Assembly: GCF_000012925.1 (NCBI RefSeq)
Contig: NC_007517.1
Coordinates: 30,001-62,000 of the forward strand
Length of the DNA stretch: 32,000 nucleotides
Reading direction: 5' to 3'
Source of the DNA: Geobacter metallireducens GS-15
GTDB lineage: Bacteria > Desulfobacterota > Desulfuromonadia > Geobacterales > Geobacteraceae
Shown: piece after piece, positions 10,193-19,638 of the stretch
Layout of the letters: every line of letters starts with the position of its first letter
Position numbering within the stretch: the first letter of the stretch is position 1
Program-made: the position numbers and the translations under genes
Notes under the pieces: model-generated
Databases searched by the model: none
The model's input: the letters and a program-made list of their open reading frames with translations, nothing else
What the model was told of the DNA's origin: nothing

Positions 10193-11821
10193 ATGGAACT
10201 CATCGATCAACATACCAAGAGCATCATGGAAGGGTGCAAGGAGCGCGCTCGCGACGCCGGCTTGCGCTTCTCCGACGAGACCCTGGAGTACATCGTCACC
10301 AACCGGGACATGCTGGAGCTTCACCCGAAGGTGATGATCCCGACCCTCTACGACTACTGGGTCCATGACGTGGAACTGCTCAGGGAAAAGGGAAAGTACG
10401 AACTCTACCCCAGCAACCCCTACGAGACGGTCATCAACACCCGCCCTCCCATCTCCTTTTACAACGACAACAATCCCGACTGGCTGAACGTGATGATCTT
10501 CTACCACGTCCTGGCCCACATCGACTTCTTCCAGAACAACCTCTACTTCCGCCATACCTGGGAATACGACCTGACCGGGAAGGCCCTGGCCGACAAGCGG
10601 CTCATCGCGCGGTTGCGCTCCGAGCACGGCCGGTGGGTCGACTACGTCATCGAGTTCGCCCGCGCCATTGACAATCTGGTGGGGTACTTTGACGGGCTCT
10701 CCCACCTCTTCCGGCAGGACCGCCCCCCCTTTTCCAAGCGGCTTGACTACTACTTCGACGTCTTCCTCCAGGAGGTCAAGGGGGTGAAGACCGCCGAGTA
10801 CGTGAAGGAGATCGAGCGCTACAACCGCTGCAGGCGGGAAGTGGGTGAGCTGTGCGAGGAGAGCTTCTTTGCCGACGTGGTGGCGAAGAATCCGGAGTTC
10901 GAGGCGTTCTATCTCAAGGGAACCCGGGAGAAGAAGGAGGAGCGGCTCGATCTTCTCCAGTTCCTCATGGAGCATTCGGAGTTCCTGAACCAGGACGAAA
11001 ACCTGTGGATGAAGTCGGTGCTGGAGGTGATCCGCTCCACATCGGTCTACTTCCAGCCCCAGATCCGGACCAAGATCATGAACGAGGGGTGGGCCAGCTA
11101 CTGGCACGAGACCCTCTTTCTCACCGACGACCGGATCAAGGGGCACGAGGTGGACTTCGCACGGGTCCACTCGGGGGTCACCTGCCTCCACCGGGTGGGG
11201 CTCAATCCCTATGCCATCGGAATGCGGCTCTTCCAGCAGATCGAGGAGGGGGGCGATCAGGGGCGGCTCTCCCTGGAGTACCAGCGGCTTGCCGACAGCC
11301 ATGCCCGGAAGGAGTTCGACCGGGCCACCGGCACGGGGCGCGACGTTATCTTCGCGGTGCGGGAAAACCTCTGCGACTTCACCTTCATCAACACCTACGT
11401 GGACCAGGACTTCGTCAACCGCCACAACCTCTTCGTGGTGGGGAAGCGCCTGAATGCGGAGCGGACGGCGTGGCAGTACTACGTCAAGAGCCGTAAGGCC
11501 GAGGAATACCGGGGCATGCTCCTGGAATCCCTCTACCATCCACCCCGCATTGAGGTGGACCGGGCAAAAGGGGGGGGGAAGACCCTCTACCTCAACCATC
11601 TCTTCGAGGGGAAACCGCTGATCCCGGACTTTATCGCCAACACCATGCTGGGGATAGAATTCCTCTGGGGGGGACCGGTGAAGCTGGAGACCAGCGAAGT
11701 GGCGTCGGCTCCTCCCCGGGAAGCGGGCGCGCCCCGCGGCGAAGGGGAAGCGCCGAAGATCCACTGGCGTCGGCACGTCTACACCATGGAAAACCGGACA
11801 CTTTCCAAGACTCTCGTGTGA
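10193..11821 (+). CDS. spoVR: SpoVR family protein
   Basis: SpoVR-like sequence throughout (NPDWLNVMIFYHVLAHIDFFQNN, MNEGWASYWHE). The start at 10193 (MELIDQHTK) is preferred because the alternative ATG at 10151 lies in the loop of the hairpin. Confidence 0.85.
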   Translation: MELIDQHTKSIMEGCKERARDAGLRFSDETLEYIVTNRDMLELHPKVMIPTLYDYWVHDVELLREKGKYELYPSNPYETVINTRPPISFYNDNNPDWLNVMIFYHVLAHIDFFQNNLYFRHTWEYDLTGKALADKRLIARLRSEHGRWVDYVIEFARAIDNLVGYFDGLSHLFRQDRPPFSKRLDYYFDVFLQEVKGVKTAEYVKEIERYNRCRREVGELCEESFFADVVAKNPEFEAFYLKGTREKKEERLDLLQFLMEHSEFLNQDENLWMKSVLEVIRSTSVYFQPQIRTKIMNEGWASYWHETLFLTDDRIKGHEVDFARVHSGVTCLHRVGLNPYAIGMRLFQQIEEGGDQGRLSLEYQRLADSHARKEFDRATGTGRDVIFAVRENLCDFTFINTYVDQDFVNRHNLFVVGKRLNAERTAWQYYVKSRKAEEYRGMLLESLYHPPRIEVDRAKGGGKTLYLNHLFEGKPLIPDFIANTMLGIEFLWGGPVKLETSEVASAPPREAGAPRGEGEAPKIHWRRHVYTMENRTLSKTLV

Positions 11822-11834
11822 GCGGAACAGACCC

Positions 11835-14129
11835 ATGGACACCATAAGCAGGGCATTACATCACATGGACCGGAGCGCGAACGAATGGGAGCACCTAGCC
11901 CCCATTCCCTTCGAGGAGTTCCTGAAGATTCTCGTGGCCAATCCCACGCGGGTCATCCGCAACGTTTTCCAGGTCTTCCATGACATGGTCATGAGCCACA
12001 TCGACATCGGCGCCGACGAGTATCCCGACGACCCCGAATCGATCCATTTCATCCCCTATGACTGCCGTCGCCTCTTCGTGGAGGGGACCGACCATCCCTT
12101 CTTCGCCGACCGCCTCTTCGCCAACCGGTTCGTGGGGCTTGTGGAGGCCCTGAAACGGGGTTCCCTCCAGAACAAGATCTATGTTTTCGAGGGGCCGCCA
12201 GGAAGCGGCAAGAGCACCTTCCTCAACAACCTGCTCCTGAAGTTCGAGAACTACGTCAATACCGACGCGGGAATACGCTACGAGGCGGTCTGGCGTTTGG
12301 ACCGCCAGGCATTCGGGGGGTTCACCCGGCACGAGACAGCAGTTTTTCTCGACAAGCTTTCCAAGCTCCTGGAGGAGCACGACTTCAGTCAGGATGAGCT
12401 CCTGGCGGCGGAGCACGCCCTCCATCCGGGGGATGACTACGTGGAGATCCCCTGCCCCTCCCACGACAATCCCCTCCTCGTGATCCCGAAGCAGCTCAGG
12501 CGCCAGTTCTTCGACGACCTGTTCAAGAACGACGAGATGAAGTGGCGTCTCTTCACCGAGAAGGAGTACGAGTGGCTCTTCCGCGACACCCCCTGCACCA
12601 TCTGCAGCTCCCTCTACCAGGCGCTCCTGGCCCGGCTGAAAAGCCCGGCGGCGGTCCTCGGCATGCTCCACGCCCGCCCCTACCGTTTCAACCGGCGCCT
12701 CGGCGAGGGGGTCAGCGTCTTCAACCCCGGCGACAAGCCGATGCGCAACAGCGTCTTCACCAACGAGATGCTCCAGAGCCGGATCAACGCCATTCTCAAG
12801 GACAGCAACCTGGTGAAGTACCTCTTCTCCGAGTATGCCAAGACCAACAACGGCATTTACTCCCTCATGGACATCAAAGGGCACAACACCGACCGGCTCA
12901 TCGAGCTCCACAACATCGTGAGTGAAGGGGTACACAAGGTGGACGACCTGGAGGAGAACGTCGACTCCCTGTTCCTGGCCCTCATGAACCCCGAGGACAA
13001 GAGCAACATCGAGGGGTATCAGTCGTTCCTGGACCGGATCGAGTACATCAAGATACCCTACGTGCTGGACCTCAACACCGAGGTGGAGATCTACCGTAAC
13101 ACCTTCGGCAAGCACATCGACCACAGCTTCCTGCCCCGGGTCCTCCACAACTTCGCCCGGATCATCATCGCGTCGCGCATGGACGAACGCTCCTTCGCCA
13201 TGCACGAGTGGATCCCCGAGCCCCACCGCTACAGCACCTTCTGCGATTTCAACCTCCAGCTTCTCAAGATGGAGATCTATACCGGGTTCATCCCCCCCTG
13301 GCTTTCGGAGGAGGACCGCAAGCGCCTCACTGCCAAGCGGCGGCGCCAGATCATCTCCGAGGGGGAGAACGAGGGGCACAGGGGCTTTTCGGGGCGCGAC
13401 GCCCTGAAGATCTTCGGCGAGTTCTATTCCACCTTTGCCCGCAAGGACAAGCTGATCACCATGACCATCCTCATCGCCTTCTTCACCAAGGTCCACCCGG
13501 AGCTGGGGAAGCAGCTCCCCAACGGCTTCCTCGACGCCCTCAGGGGACTCTACAATTTCACCATTCTCCAGGAGGTGAAGGAATCTCTCTACTACTACAA
13601 CGAGGAGCAGATCTCCCGGGACGTTCAGAACTACCTCTTTGCCATCAACTTCGAGCCCGAGGTGGACGAAACCTGTACCTGGACCAGGGACAAGCTCCAC
13701 ATCAGCGAGTCATTCTTCGAGGGGATCGAGAGCCGTCTTCTGGGGGCCAATGGCCGCGACCGGGCGCAGCGTCTCGCGTTCAGGAAAGAGATCCAGCGGG
13801 AGTACGCCGCCCACACCCTGGCCCAGGAGATCCTCTTCGAGGGGAAGGGAATCACCGCTACCCGTCTCTACCGGACTTTGTTCGACAAATATGTCTTCAA
13901 CCTGAAGGAGAAGGCCCTGGACCCCTTCCTGGAGAACGTCAACTTCCGCCGCGCCATCAAGGATTTCGGGAAAGAGGAGTTCAAGACCTACGACAAGCGG
14001 ATCCGCGACGACGTCACCTTCCTCGTCAACAACCTCTGCAGCAAGTTCCGCTACACCAAGAACGGCGCCAAGGAGGTCTGCATCTACGCCATCGACAACG
14101 ACCTGGCCAAGGCGTACGGCAGCACCTGA
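11835..14129 (+). CDS. second, divergent PrkA-like P-loop AAA+ protein
   Basis: 764 aa with Walker A GPPGSGKST. NGIYSLMDIKG and FLDRIEYIKIPYVLDLNTEVEIY align by eye with GGIHFSDEIYK and IIDRCRICYVSHNTNYRMQEQL of the upstream PrkA. It starts 13 nt after the spoVR stop. Confidence 0.75.
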   Translation: MDTISRALHHMDRSANEWEHLAPIPFEEFLKILVANPTRVIRNVFQVFHDMVMSHIDIGADEYPDDPESIHFIPYDCRRLFVEGTDHPFFADRLFANRFVGLVEALKRGSLQNKIYVFEGPPGSGKSTFLNNLLLKFENYVNTDAGIRYEAVWRLDRQAFGGFTRHETAVFLDKLSKLLEEHDFSQDELLAAEHALHPGDDYVEIPCPSHDNPLLVIPKQLRRQFFDDLFKNDEMKWRLFTEKEYEWLFRDTPCTICSSLYQALLARLKSPAAVLGMLHARPYRFNRRLGEGVSVFNPGDKPMRNSVFTNEMLQSRINAILKDSNLVKYLFSEYAKTNNGIYSLMDIKGHNTDRLIELHNIVSEGVHKVDDLEENVDSLFLALMNPEDKSNIEGYQSFLDRIEYIKIPYVLDLNTEVEIYRNTFGKHIDHSFLPRVLHNFARIIIASRMDERSFAMHEWIPEPHRYSTFCDFNLQLLKMEIYTGFIPPWLSEEDRKRLTAKRRRQIISEGENEGHRGFSGRDALKIFGEFYSTFARKDKLITMTILIAFFTKVHPELGKQLPNGFLDALRGLYNFTILQEVKESLYYYNEEQISRDVQNYLFAINFEPEVDETCTWTRDKLHISESFFEGIESRLLGANGRDRAQRLAFRKEIQREYAAHTLAQEILFEGKGITATRLYRTLFDKYVFNLKEKALDPFLENVNFRRAIKDFGKEEFKTYDKRIRDDVTFLVNNLCSKFRYTKNGAKEVCIYAIDNDLAKAYGST

Positions 14130-14140
14130 TGAACGGCTAG

Positions 14141-14161
14141 CCCCTTCTTCAGCCGAAGGGG
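14141..14161. terminator. short hairpin at the convergent gene junction
   Basis: CCCCTTC-TTCAGCC-GAAGGGG is a 7-bp stem overlapping the 3' end of the minus-strand phosphoesterase gene. No clear T-tract. Confidence 0.25.
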
Positions 14162-15276
14162 ATCAACTCGATGATGGTAACCTCGGGGGGGGCCAGGAAA
14201 CGGAGCGGCGGACCCCAGGTGCCGCTGCCGCGGCTCACGGAGAGGGCTGACCCGTTCGCCAGCCGATAAAAGCCGTCCATGTAGGGATAGGAGAGACGGA
14301 CCAGGAGCCCGAAGGGGAAGAGTTGGCCGCCGTGGACGTGGCCCGAGAGCTGGAGGTCGAAGCGTCCAACGGTCTCCCCGTCGATCCGGGGGCGATGCTT
14401 GAGAAGGATGGTGAAACGGTCGGCGGGAAGTCCCGCCAGGGCGTTCCGTTCGGCATGGGGCGGCGAAGGGGTTGCGGGGTCGTCGACCCCGGCGATGTTT
14501 ACCACTCCCCCGGCGGTCACCCCCTCCCCCCGCAGGACCGTAAATCCTCCCCTGCGAGTGAAACCGATGGCCTGGTCGAGACCGACGTAAACCTCGTGGT
14601 TGCCGGTTACCGCGAACTTTCCGTACCGGGGCGAGAGCTCCGCCAGGGGTTTCTCCAGAGCCGACAGGTCGTTGATCTGGCCGTCCACCAGATCCCCCGT
14701 CGAGACGACGATGTCGGGCCTGGCCTCCCTGACTCTGGCCAGGATATTCTCAAGCCGTTCCTTCCGTACAATCAGACCCAGATGGACATCGGAAATTTGC
14801 GCTATCGTCAGCTTCGGGATCGTGGCGGGAAGTTTCGTGGTGGGGATAACGATCCGCCGGGACCTGATGTGTCGTGCCTCCATGTAGCTCGACAGGCATG
14901 CCAATACTGCGTAGGCTGCGGCGATGCCGAAGGCGGCCCTTCTTCCGATGATCAGGAGGGACGGGTCGCGCTGCAGGAGCGTTCCTCCCCCCTTGAGAAC
15001 GAGGTGAAAGAGATCCATGGCAAGAGATGCGGAAAAGAAGAAAAAGAGGAGGCCCATCCAGAGATAGCCGGTCCAGGCCAGGAAGCAGGCTGTGAATTCC
15101 CACCCCTGCCGCTCGGTGATACGGACGAGGACCGGCGCGATGGCCATGAGCGCCAGGAAAAAAGCGAGGAGGGTGCCTATGGATGGGCCGAAGCCGAAGG
15201 CCCCCCGCGCCTTGACGAAGAAATAGGCGTGAGTGCCGCCGTAGACCAGGAAAAAGACGAGCAGAAAGAGGTTCAC
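14149..15276 (-). CDS. membrane-anchored metallophosphoesterase (calcineurin-like)
   Basis: 375 aa with an N-terminal multi-TM region, then the motifs ISDVHLG, TGDLVDG, GNHE and GHVHGGQ. Confidence 0.85.
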   Translation of the reverse strand: MNLFLLVFFLVYGGTHAYFFVKARGAFGFGPSIGTLLAFFLALMAIAPVLVRITERQGWEFTACFLAWTGYLWMGLLFFFFSASLAMDLFHLVLKGGGTLLQRDPSLLIIGRRAAFGIAAAYAVLACLSSYMEARHIRSRRIVIPTTKLPATIPKLTIAQISDVHLGLIVRKERLENILARVREARPDIVVSTGDLVDGQINDLSALEKPLAELSPRYGKFAVTGNHEVYVGLDQAIGFTRRGGFTVLRGEGVTAGGVVNIAGVDDPATPSPPHAERNALAGLPADRFTILLKHRPRIDGETVGRFDLQLSGHVHGGQLFPFGLLVRLSYPYMDGFYRLANGSALSVSRGSGTWGPPLRFLAPPEVTIIELIPFG

Positions 15277-15336
15277 GACGGTTGTTACTCCCTGGTGGCA
15301 AGGAAATGGGGCACAGACGTTCCTCCGACGCGCATC

Positions 15337-15489
15337 CTAAGGCTCCGGATTGTCGCAGGACGGGCACGACTGCTCGCCACTTTCCGGATCAATTTCCAAC
15401 TCCGCGCCGCACACCTCGCATATCCCCTCGGTCTTCTCTCCCGTTGCCCACGTGCGGTAGGTCTCCCCGAATCGCTTTGAACCTTCCAT
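15337..15489 (-). CDS. small zinc-ribbon protein (50 aa), not in the ORF track
   Basis: Hand translation of the minus strand gives MEGSKRFGETYRTWATGEKTEGICEVCGAELEIDPESGEQSCPSCDNPEP, with CxxC-x16-CxxC. GGAGGG lies 7 nt upstream of the ATG. It sits 60 nt upstream of, and co-directional with, the phosphoesterase gene. Confidence 0.55.
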   Translation of the reverse strand: MEGSKRFGETYRTWATGEKTEGICEVCGAELEIDPESGEQSCPSCDNPEP

Positions 15490-15697
15490 GTGTGTACCCT
15501 CCGTTTCGTTACGCAGAAGATAAGGTACCTGTTCATGCCCCGCAAACCTGATAATTGTATCACGGAGCGGCAGCGTGGCTACGGCGCCATTCGACGCTCT
15601 GCGGGCAGGGTCGGTTTTCCTCTCAAGAAAGAGGCGGGGGATGCCGATAAGAGCTGTGAGTCCAAAAGGTTAGGGACCAGGCACAGGAGGGTAGCCC

Positions 15698-16594
15698 ATG
15701 AATGTCGACAACCGGATTGCCAGGGCCGAAGAGTTGCTGGCCACGATTCCCGAACTTCCAACCGTCCCGACGGTTATTGTCAGCATTGTACAAAAACTTC
15801 ACGACCCCGAGGTGGATATTCAGGAAATTCTCGACCTTCTCCTCATGGACCAGGTGCTGACGATCAGGCTCCTGCGGCTGGCCAATTCTCCCTATTACAG
15901 CACCATGAAAAACATCGTCTCCCTGAAAGAGGCGATCCTATACCTGGGGCTGGATCACATCAAAGAGGTCATCTACACCTGCTCGATCGTCGACCTGTTC
16001 AGGGAAGGAAAGGGGGTCATCGATCGGGCAACACTCTGGTCCCACGCCCTTGGCGTCGCCCTGGTCTCCAAGAGGATCGCCAAAAAGGTCGGCTACGCCG
16101 AACCGGATAATGCGTATATTGCCGGGTTGCTCCACGACATCGGCGAGGTATTCCTCAACTACTATCTCGAACCGATGTTTGCCCAGATCGCCCAGAAGGC
16201 CAAGGCAGAGGGGCATTCCTTCCACGGGGTCGAGTCCCTGTTGCTCGGCACCACCCACAACGAAGTGGGTCACGTCATCGGCAGACGGTGGAATGTTCCG
16301 AAATTCGTGACTGATGCCATGCTCTACCATCATGAGCCGACCCACGCTCCCCAGGATGATGCCGGCCTCGTTTCCATCATCGCCGTCGCTGACCAGTTCT
16401 GCCGCTGGCGGAGCATCGACTACGGCGGGTATGAGGTGAGCGAGGGGGGCGAGACCGAATACGCGGCGTGGTGCCGCATGGCCGGGCACTTTCCCGGCAT
16501 CGATGCAGACGCCATTGAGACGATCCTCCGTGACCTGGACAACGCCATTGAAGACATCAGGCTCCAGGTGGAATCGATCTTCCTGTTCATCTGA
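15698..16594 (+). CDS. HDOD domain signalling protein
   Basis: 298 aa with LPTVPTVIVSIVQKLHDPEVDIQEILDLLLMDQVLTIRLLRLANSPYYS and GLLHDIGEVFL, typical of HDOD. GGAGGG RBS. Confidence 0.85.
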   Translation: MNVDNRIARAEELLATIPELPTVPTVIVSIVQKLHDPEVDIQEILDLLLMDQVLTIRLLRLANSPYYSTMKNIVSLKEAILYLGLDHIKEVIYTCSIVDLFREGKGVIDRATLWSHALGVALVSKRIAKKVGYAEPDNAYIAGLLHDIGEVFLNYYLEPMFAQIAQKAKAEGHSFHGVESLLLGTTHNEVGHVIGRRWNVPKFVTDAMLYHHEPTHAPQDDAGLVSIIAVADQFCRWRSIDYGGYEVSEGGETEYAAWCRMAGHFPGIDADAIETILRDLDNAIEDIRLQVESIFLFI

Positions 16595-16633
16595 GAGCCC
16601 TTGTTGCGGCGGACGCCAGTGATGGGCATCACC

Positions 16634-17242
16634 TCACGATGGGGCATTCATGTCGCCCCTGGGGCGTCGGAACCTGCCGATCAGTAGATGCACGATTTTG
16701 CGGGCGAGGAAGGCAAAGACAAGGAGAAATACCACGACCCCTCCCAGCATCAGAAGGGGGTGTGTCAGGGCGATCAGGGAGCCGCCCACGGCGAAGAGGT
16801 CCTCCACCAGGCTTGCCCCGATGTTGCTGATGGGCTCCGGGCTCTGGTTGAGGATCACACGGGTGCCCGCCTTTGCCGAATGGGCGGTGAAGCCGATGCC
16901 GCCACAGGCGAGGACGATCGCCACCTGAATCCACGGATCATAGTTGCCGATAACGGTGTAGCCGAGCACCGCGGCCCCGATTGGGCGGATAAAGGTGTGG
17001 ATCCCGTCCCAGACCGTATCGACGAGGGGAATCTTGTCCGCCAGGAATTCGACAACGAAACATGCCGCCGCAATGGCAAGCACCCGCCAGTCGGCAAGGA
17101 CCGAAAGCCCTGCCAGGCCTTGTGGAAGATGGAAGGAGCCGAATCGCAGGGCAAGGCCAATGGCAAGGATTGTCGTGTAGAGCCTCAGCCCCGAAAAGAG
17201 TGCGATGCCGGTGGCCGTCCCCAGCAGTGCTAGTATATCCAT
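16634..17242 (-). CDS. DUF4126 family membrane protein
   Basis: 202-aa polytopic protein with the EFLADKIPLVDTVWDGIHTFIRPIGAAVLG signature. Confidence 0.7.
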   Translation of the reverse strand: MDILALLGTATGIALFSGLRLYTTILAIGLALRFGSFHLPQGLAGLSVLADWRVLAIAAACFVVEFLADKIPLVDTVWDGIHTFIRPIGAAVLGYTVIGNYDPWIQVAIVLACGGIGFTAHSAKAGTRVILNQSPEPISNIGASLVEDLFAVGGSLIALTHPLLMLGGVVVFLLVFAFLARKIVHLLIGRFRRPRGDMNAPS

Positions 17243-17307
17243 GGTGAATCATCCCAGTCCGAACGTCGGTTGTATGCTCCTCTTCGCCAAGACCTGACCC
17301 TCGGGTT

Positions 17308-17718
17308 TCATTCGACCACTTCGAGCACGCCTTCCATCCCCTTTTCCCGGTGGCTCTTGAAGAAGAGAAGTTTCTTGTCGCAGTACATACTGTACCTGCC
17401 GGTCTTGACCGGGGTGAATTTCACGATTTTCGGCTCCTCACCCAGGCTGACATCAAAAACGATCCCGGCCTCCGGCGAGTTCATGGCGATATTGTGGGGA
17501 ACCATCCCCGCTTCTTTTCGTACCTTCAACTCCACCGGCACGTTCACCTTGACAACGATATGGCCCGGTTTGAAGAAGTAGCTCCCCCCAACGATTTCCA
17601 CATGCTGGATCCCGTCGCTGCCGATGGTGGCAAAGTAAGGTTTTTCCTCCTCTTGGGCTGCGACAGCCGCAAGGCTGCCTGCCGCCAGCATCATCACGAT
17701 GGCGATAGTTGTTTTCAT
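17308..17718 (-). CDS. secreted cupredoxin-like protein
   Basis: The ATG at 17718 follows GAGGAG. Signal peptide MKTTIAIVMMLAAGSLAAVAA. Beta-rich domain with candidate type-1 Cu ligands (HN...YCDKK...H...M). 136 aa. Confidence 0.6.
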   Translation of the reverse strand: MKTTIAIVMMLAAGSLAAVAAQEEEKPYFATIGSDGIQHVEIVGGSYFFKPGHIVVKVNVPVELKVRKEAGMVPHNIAMNSPEAGIVFDVSLGEEPKIVKFTPVKTGRYSMYCDKKLLFFKSHREKGMEGVLEVVE

Positions 17719-17750
17719 TGAAGGACTCCTCTGTCGCGGTTTGTAAGGTA

Positions 17751-17778
17751 ATTCTAAGGCGCGAGGCGTGCTTGTCAA
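17751..17778 (-). promoter_or_regulatory. candidate sigma70 promoter for the cupredoxin-DUF4126 pair
   Basis: The minus strand reads TTGACA (17778-17773), 16-nt spacer, TAGAAT (17756-17751), about 30 nt upstream of the ATG. Confidence 0.5.
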
Positions 17779-17801
17779 TGGAAGGGAAAGGCGTGGAAGT
17801 A

Positions 17802-19619
17802 TTACATCTCCACCCGCGTCACGACACCCTGGAGGCGGCTGGCCGGCAGCTTGTGGAACTGGACGAAATTTGGGGTGAGCTTTTTGAAGACCGAGAAGAC
17901 CCGCCAGAGGGGGTTGCGGGTGGAGATGTCCTCGACCCCGTAGAAGATGACCTTCTCCTGGATGCCGTTCGCCTTGAGGAGCGCCTCAATGTCCACCACC
18001 TCCATGTATCCGGCCTCGATCCGGAAGGCGTCAAGCCCCGGCCCGATCCCCTTGATCAGCTCGGTCTCGACCCCCAGGGGCTCGTCGGTGATGACGAGGG
18101 AGATGAAGACGTTGCGCTCGTAGATGATGTTGCTCCGGATGATGCAGTGGACCACGTAGGGGGGGACCACGTCGGTATCGCGGGTGAAGAAGAGTCCGGT
18201 CCCCCGGATGGGCCCCTTGGCATAAATCTGCTCGTAGGAGATGAGGAAAGTCTCTAGGTCGAGGGGTTTCAGGGCGTGGTAGAGGGAGCGCTGTCCCCGG
18301 GTCCAGATGATGATGGTGACAAAGGGGATCGACGCCAGGATCAGGGACCAGTAGGCTCCGTGGGGGATCTTGGAGAAAGTGGAGAGGAGGTACGCGGCGT
18401 CGATGAGGGTGATCACCAGGGCCACCAGGGCCCGCCACTTCTTGGTGGTGTGGGCGAAGACGATGATCATCATGATGCCGGTGATGGTCATGGAGCCGGT
18501 GACCGCCATGCCGTAGGCGGCGGCCAGGTTCTCGGACTTGCGGAAAAGGAGCATCACGAGGATGACCGCCACCATGAGGGACCAGTTGACGGCCCCCAGG
18601 TATATCTGGGATTTGATCTCCCGGGAGGTGTAGTCGACCCGCATGAGCGGCAGGAGCCGTGTGGTGATCCCCTGGTAGACGATGGAGAAGACCCCGCTGA
18701 TGATGGACTGGGAGGCGATGATGGTGGCCATGATGGTGAGAATGAGGAACGGGATGTAGAGGGTCGGCATCTGATCCCGGACCATGCCGAAGAGGAGGTT
18801 TTTCGCCTCCGGGTGGGTAATGGCGAAGACCCCCTGCCCCAGGTAGTTGAGGTAGAGGGCCATGAAGACAAAGTACCACGACTTGACGATGGGGCGGCGC
18901 CCCAGGTGTCCCATGTCGGCGTAAAGGGCCTCGCCCCCCGTGGAGCAGAGGATCACCTCGGAGAGAACGAAGTAGCCGGCCAGACCGTTCTCCCGGAAGA
19001 AGGTGAAGGCGTGCCACGGGTTGATCGCCTCCACAATCTCGGGCATGGAGAGGGCGGAAACGACGCCGGTGACGGCGAGGGTGCTGAACCAGACCGCCAT
19101 GATGGGGCCGAAGGCGCCGGCCACCCGGTCGGTCCCCTTGAACTGGACTGAGAAGAGGCCGATGGCGATGGCGGCGGCGATGGCGACAAGGGTCCCGGTG
19201 GAGAGCCCTTCGAGGCCGGGGATCAGGAGGAGCCCCTCCACGGCGGAGAGGATACTGATGGCGGGGGTGATAACCCCGTCACCCAGCAGGAGCGATACCC
19301 CCACGAAGGAGAGGAAGCCGGCAAAGGCCACGAGACGCCCCGTCTTCACCAGCTTCATGATGATCTCCCGCAGGACGATCTCCCCCCCCTGCCCCTTGCG
19401 TCCCAGGCTCATGGCGAGCCAGGCGTACTCCATGGTCACCAGGATCGTCATAGTCCAGAAGACCAGCGACAGGATGCCGAAGACGTTCTCCCTCGTCGGC
19501 TGGGTCAGGGTGAAGATGACGGTAAGGGTATAAATGGGGCTCGTGCCGATGTCGCCGAAGACGAGGCCGAGCGCCTTGACGATTCCACCCAGTGAGGCGT
19601 CTCCCTTATGCTGGTCCAT
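17802..19619 (-). CDS. kup: KUP/HAK/KT family potassium transporter (copy 1)
   Basis: 605 aa with GLVFGDIGTSPIY and GGEALYADMGH signatures. GAGGAGGGG RBS in the 19-nt gap after copy 2. Confidence 0.95.
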   Translation of the reverse strand: MDQHKGDASLGGIVKALGLVFGDIGTSPIYTLTVIFTLTQPTRENVFGILSLVFWTMTILVTMEYAWLAMSLGRKGQGGEIVLREIIMKLVKTGRLVAFAGFLSFVGVSLLLGDGVITPAISILSAVEGLLLIPGLEGLSTGTLVAIAAAIAIGLFSVQFKGTDRVAGAFGPIMAVWFSTLAVTGVVSALSMPEIVEAINPWHAFTFFRENGLAGYFVLSEVILCSTGGEALYADMGHLGRRPIVKSWYFVFMALYLNYLGQGVFAITHPEAKNLLFGMVRDQMPTLYIPFLILTIMATIIASQSIISGVFSIVYQGITTRLLPLMRVDYTSREIKSQIYLGAVNWSLMVAVILVMLLFRKSENLAAAYGMAVTGSMTITGIMMIIVFAHTTKKWRALVALVITLIDAAYLLSTFSKIPHGAYWSLILASIPFVTIIIWTRGQRSLYHALKPLDLETFLISYEQIYAKGPIRGTGLFFTRDTDVVPPYVVHCIIRSNIIYERNVFISLVITDEPLGVETELIKGIGPGLDAFRIEAGYMEVVDIEALLKANGIQEKVIFYGVEDISTRNPLWRVFSVFKKLTPNFVQFHKLPASRLQGVVTRVEM

Positions 19620-19638
19620 GGCCCGTCCCCTCCTCGGA

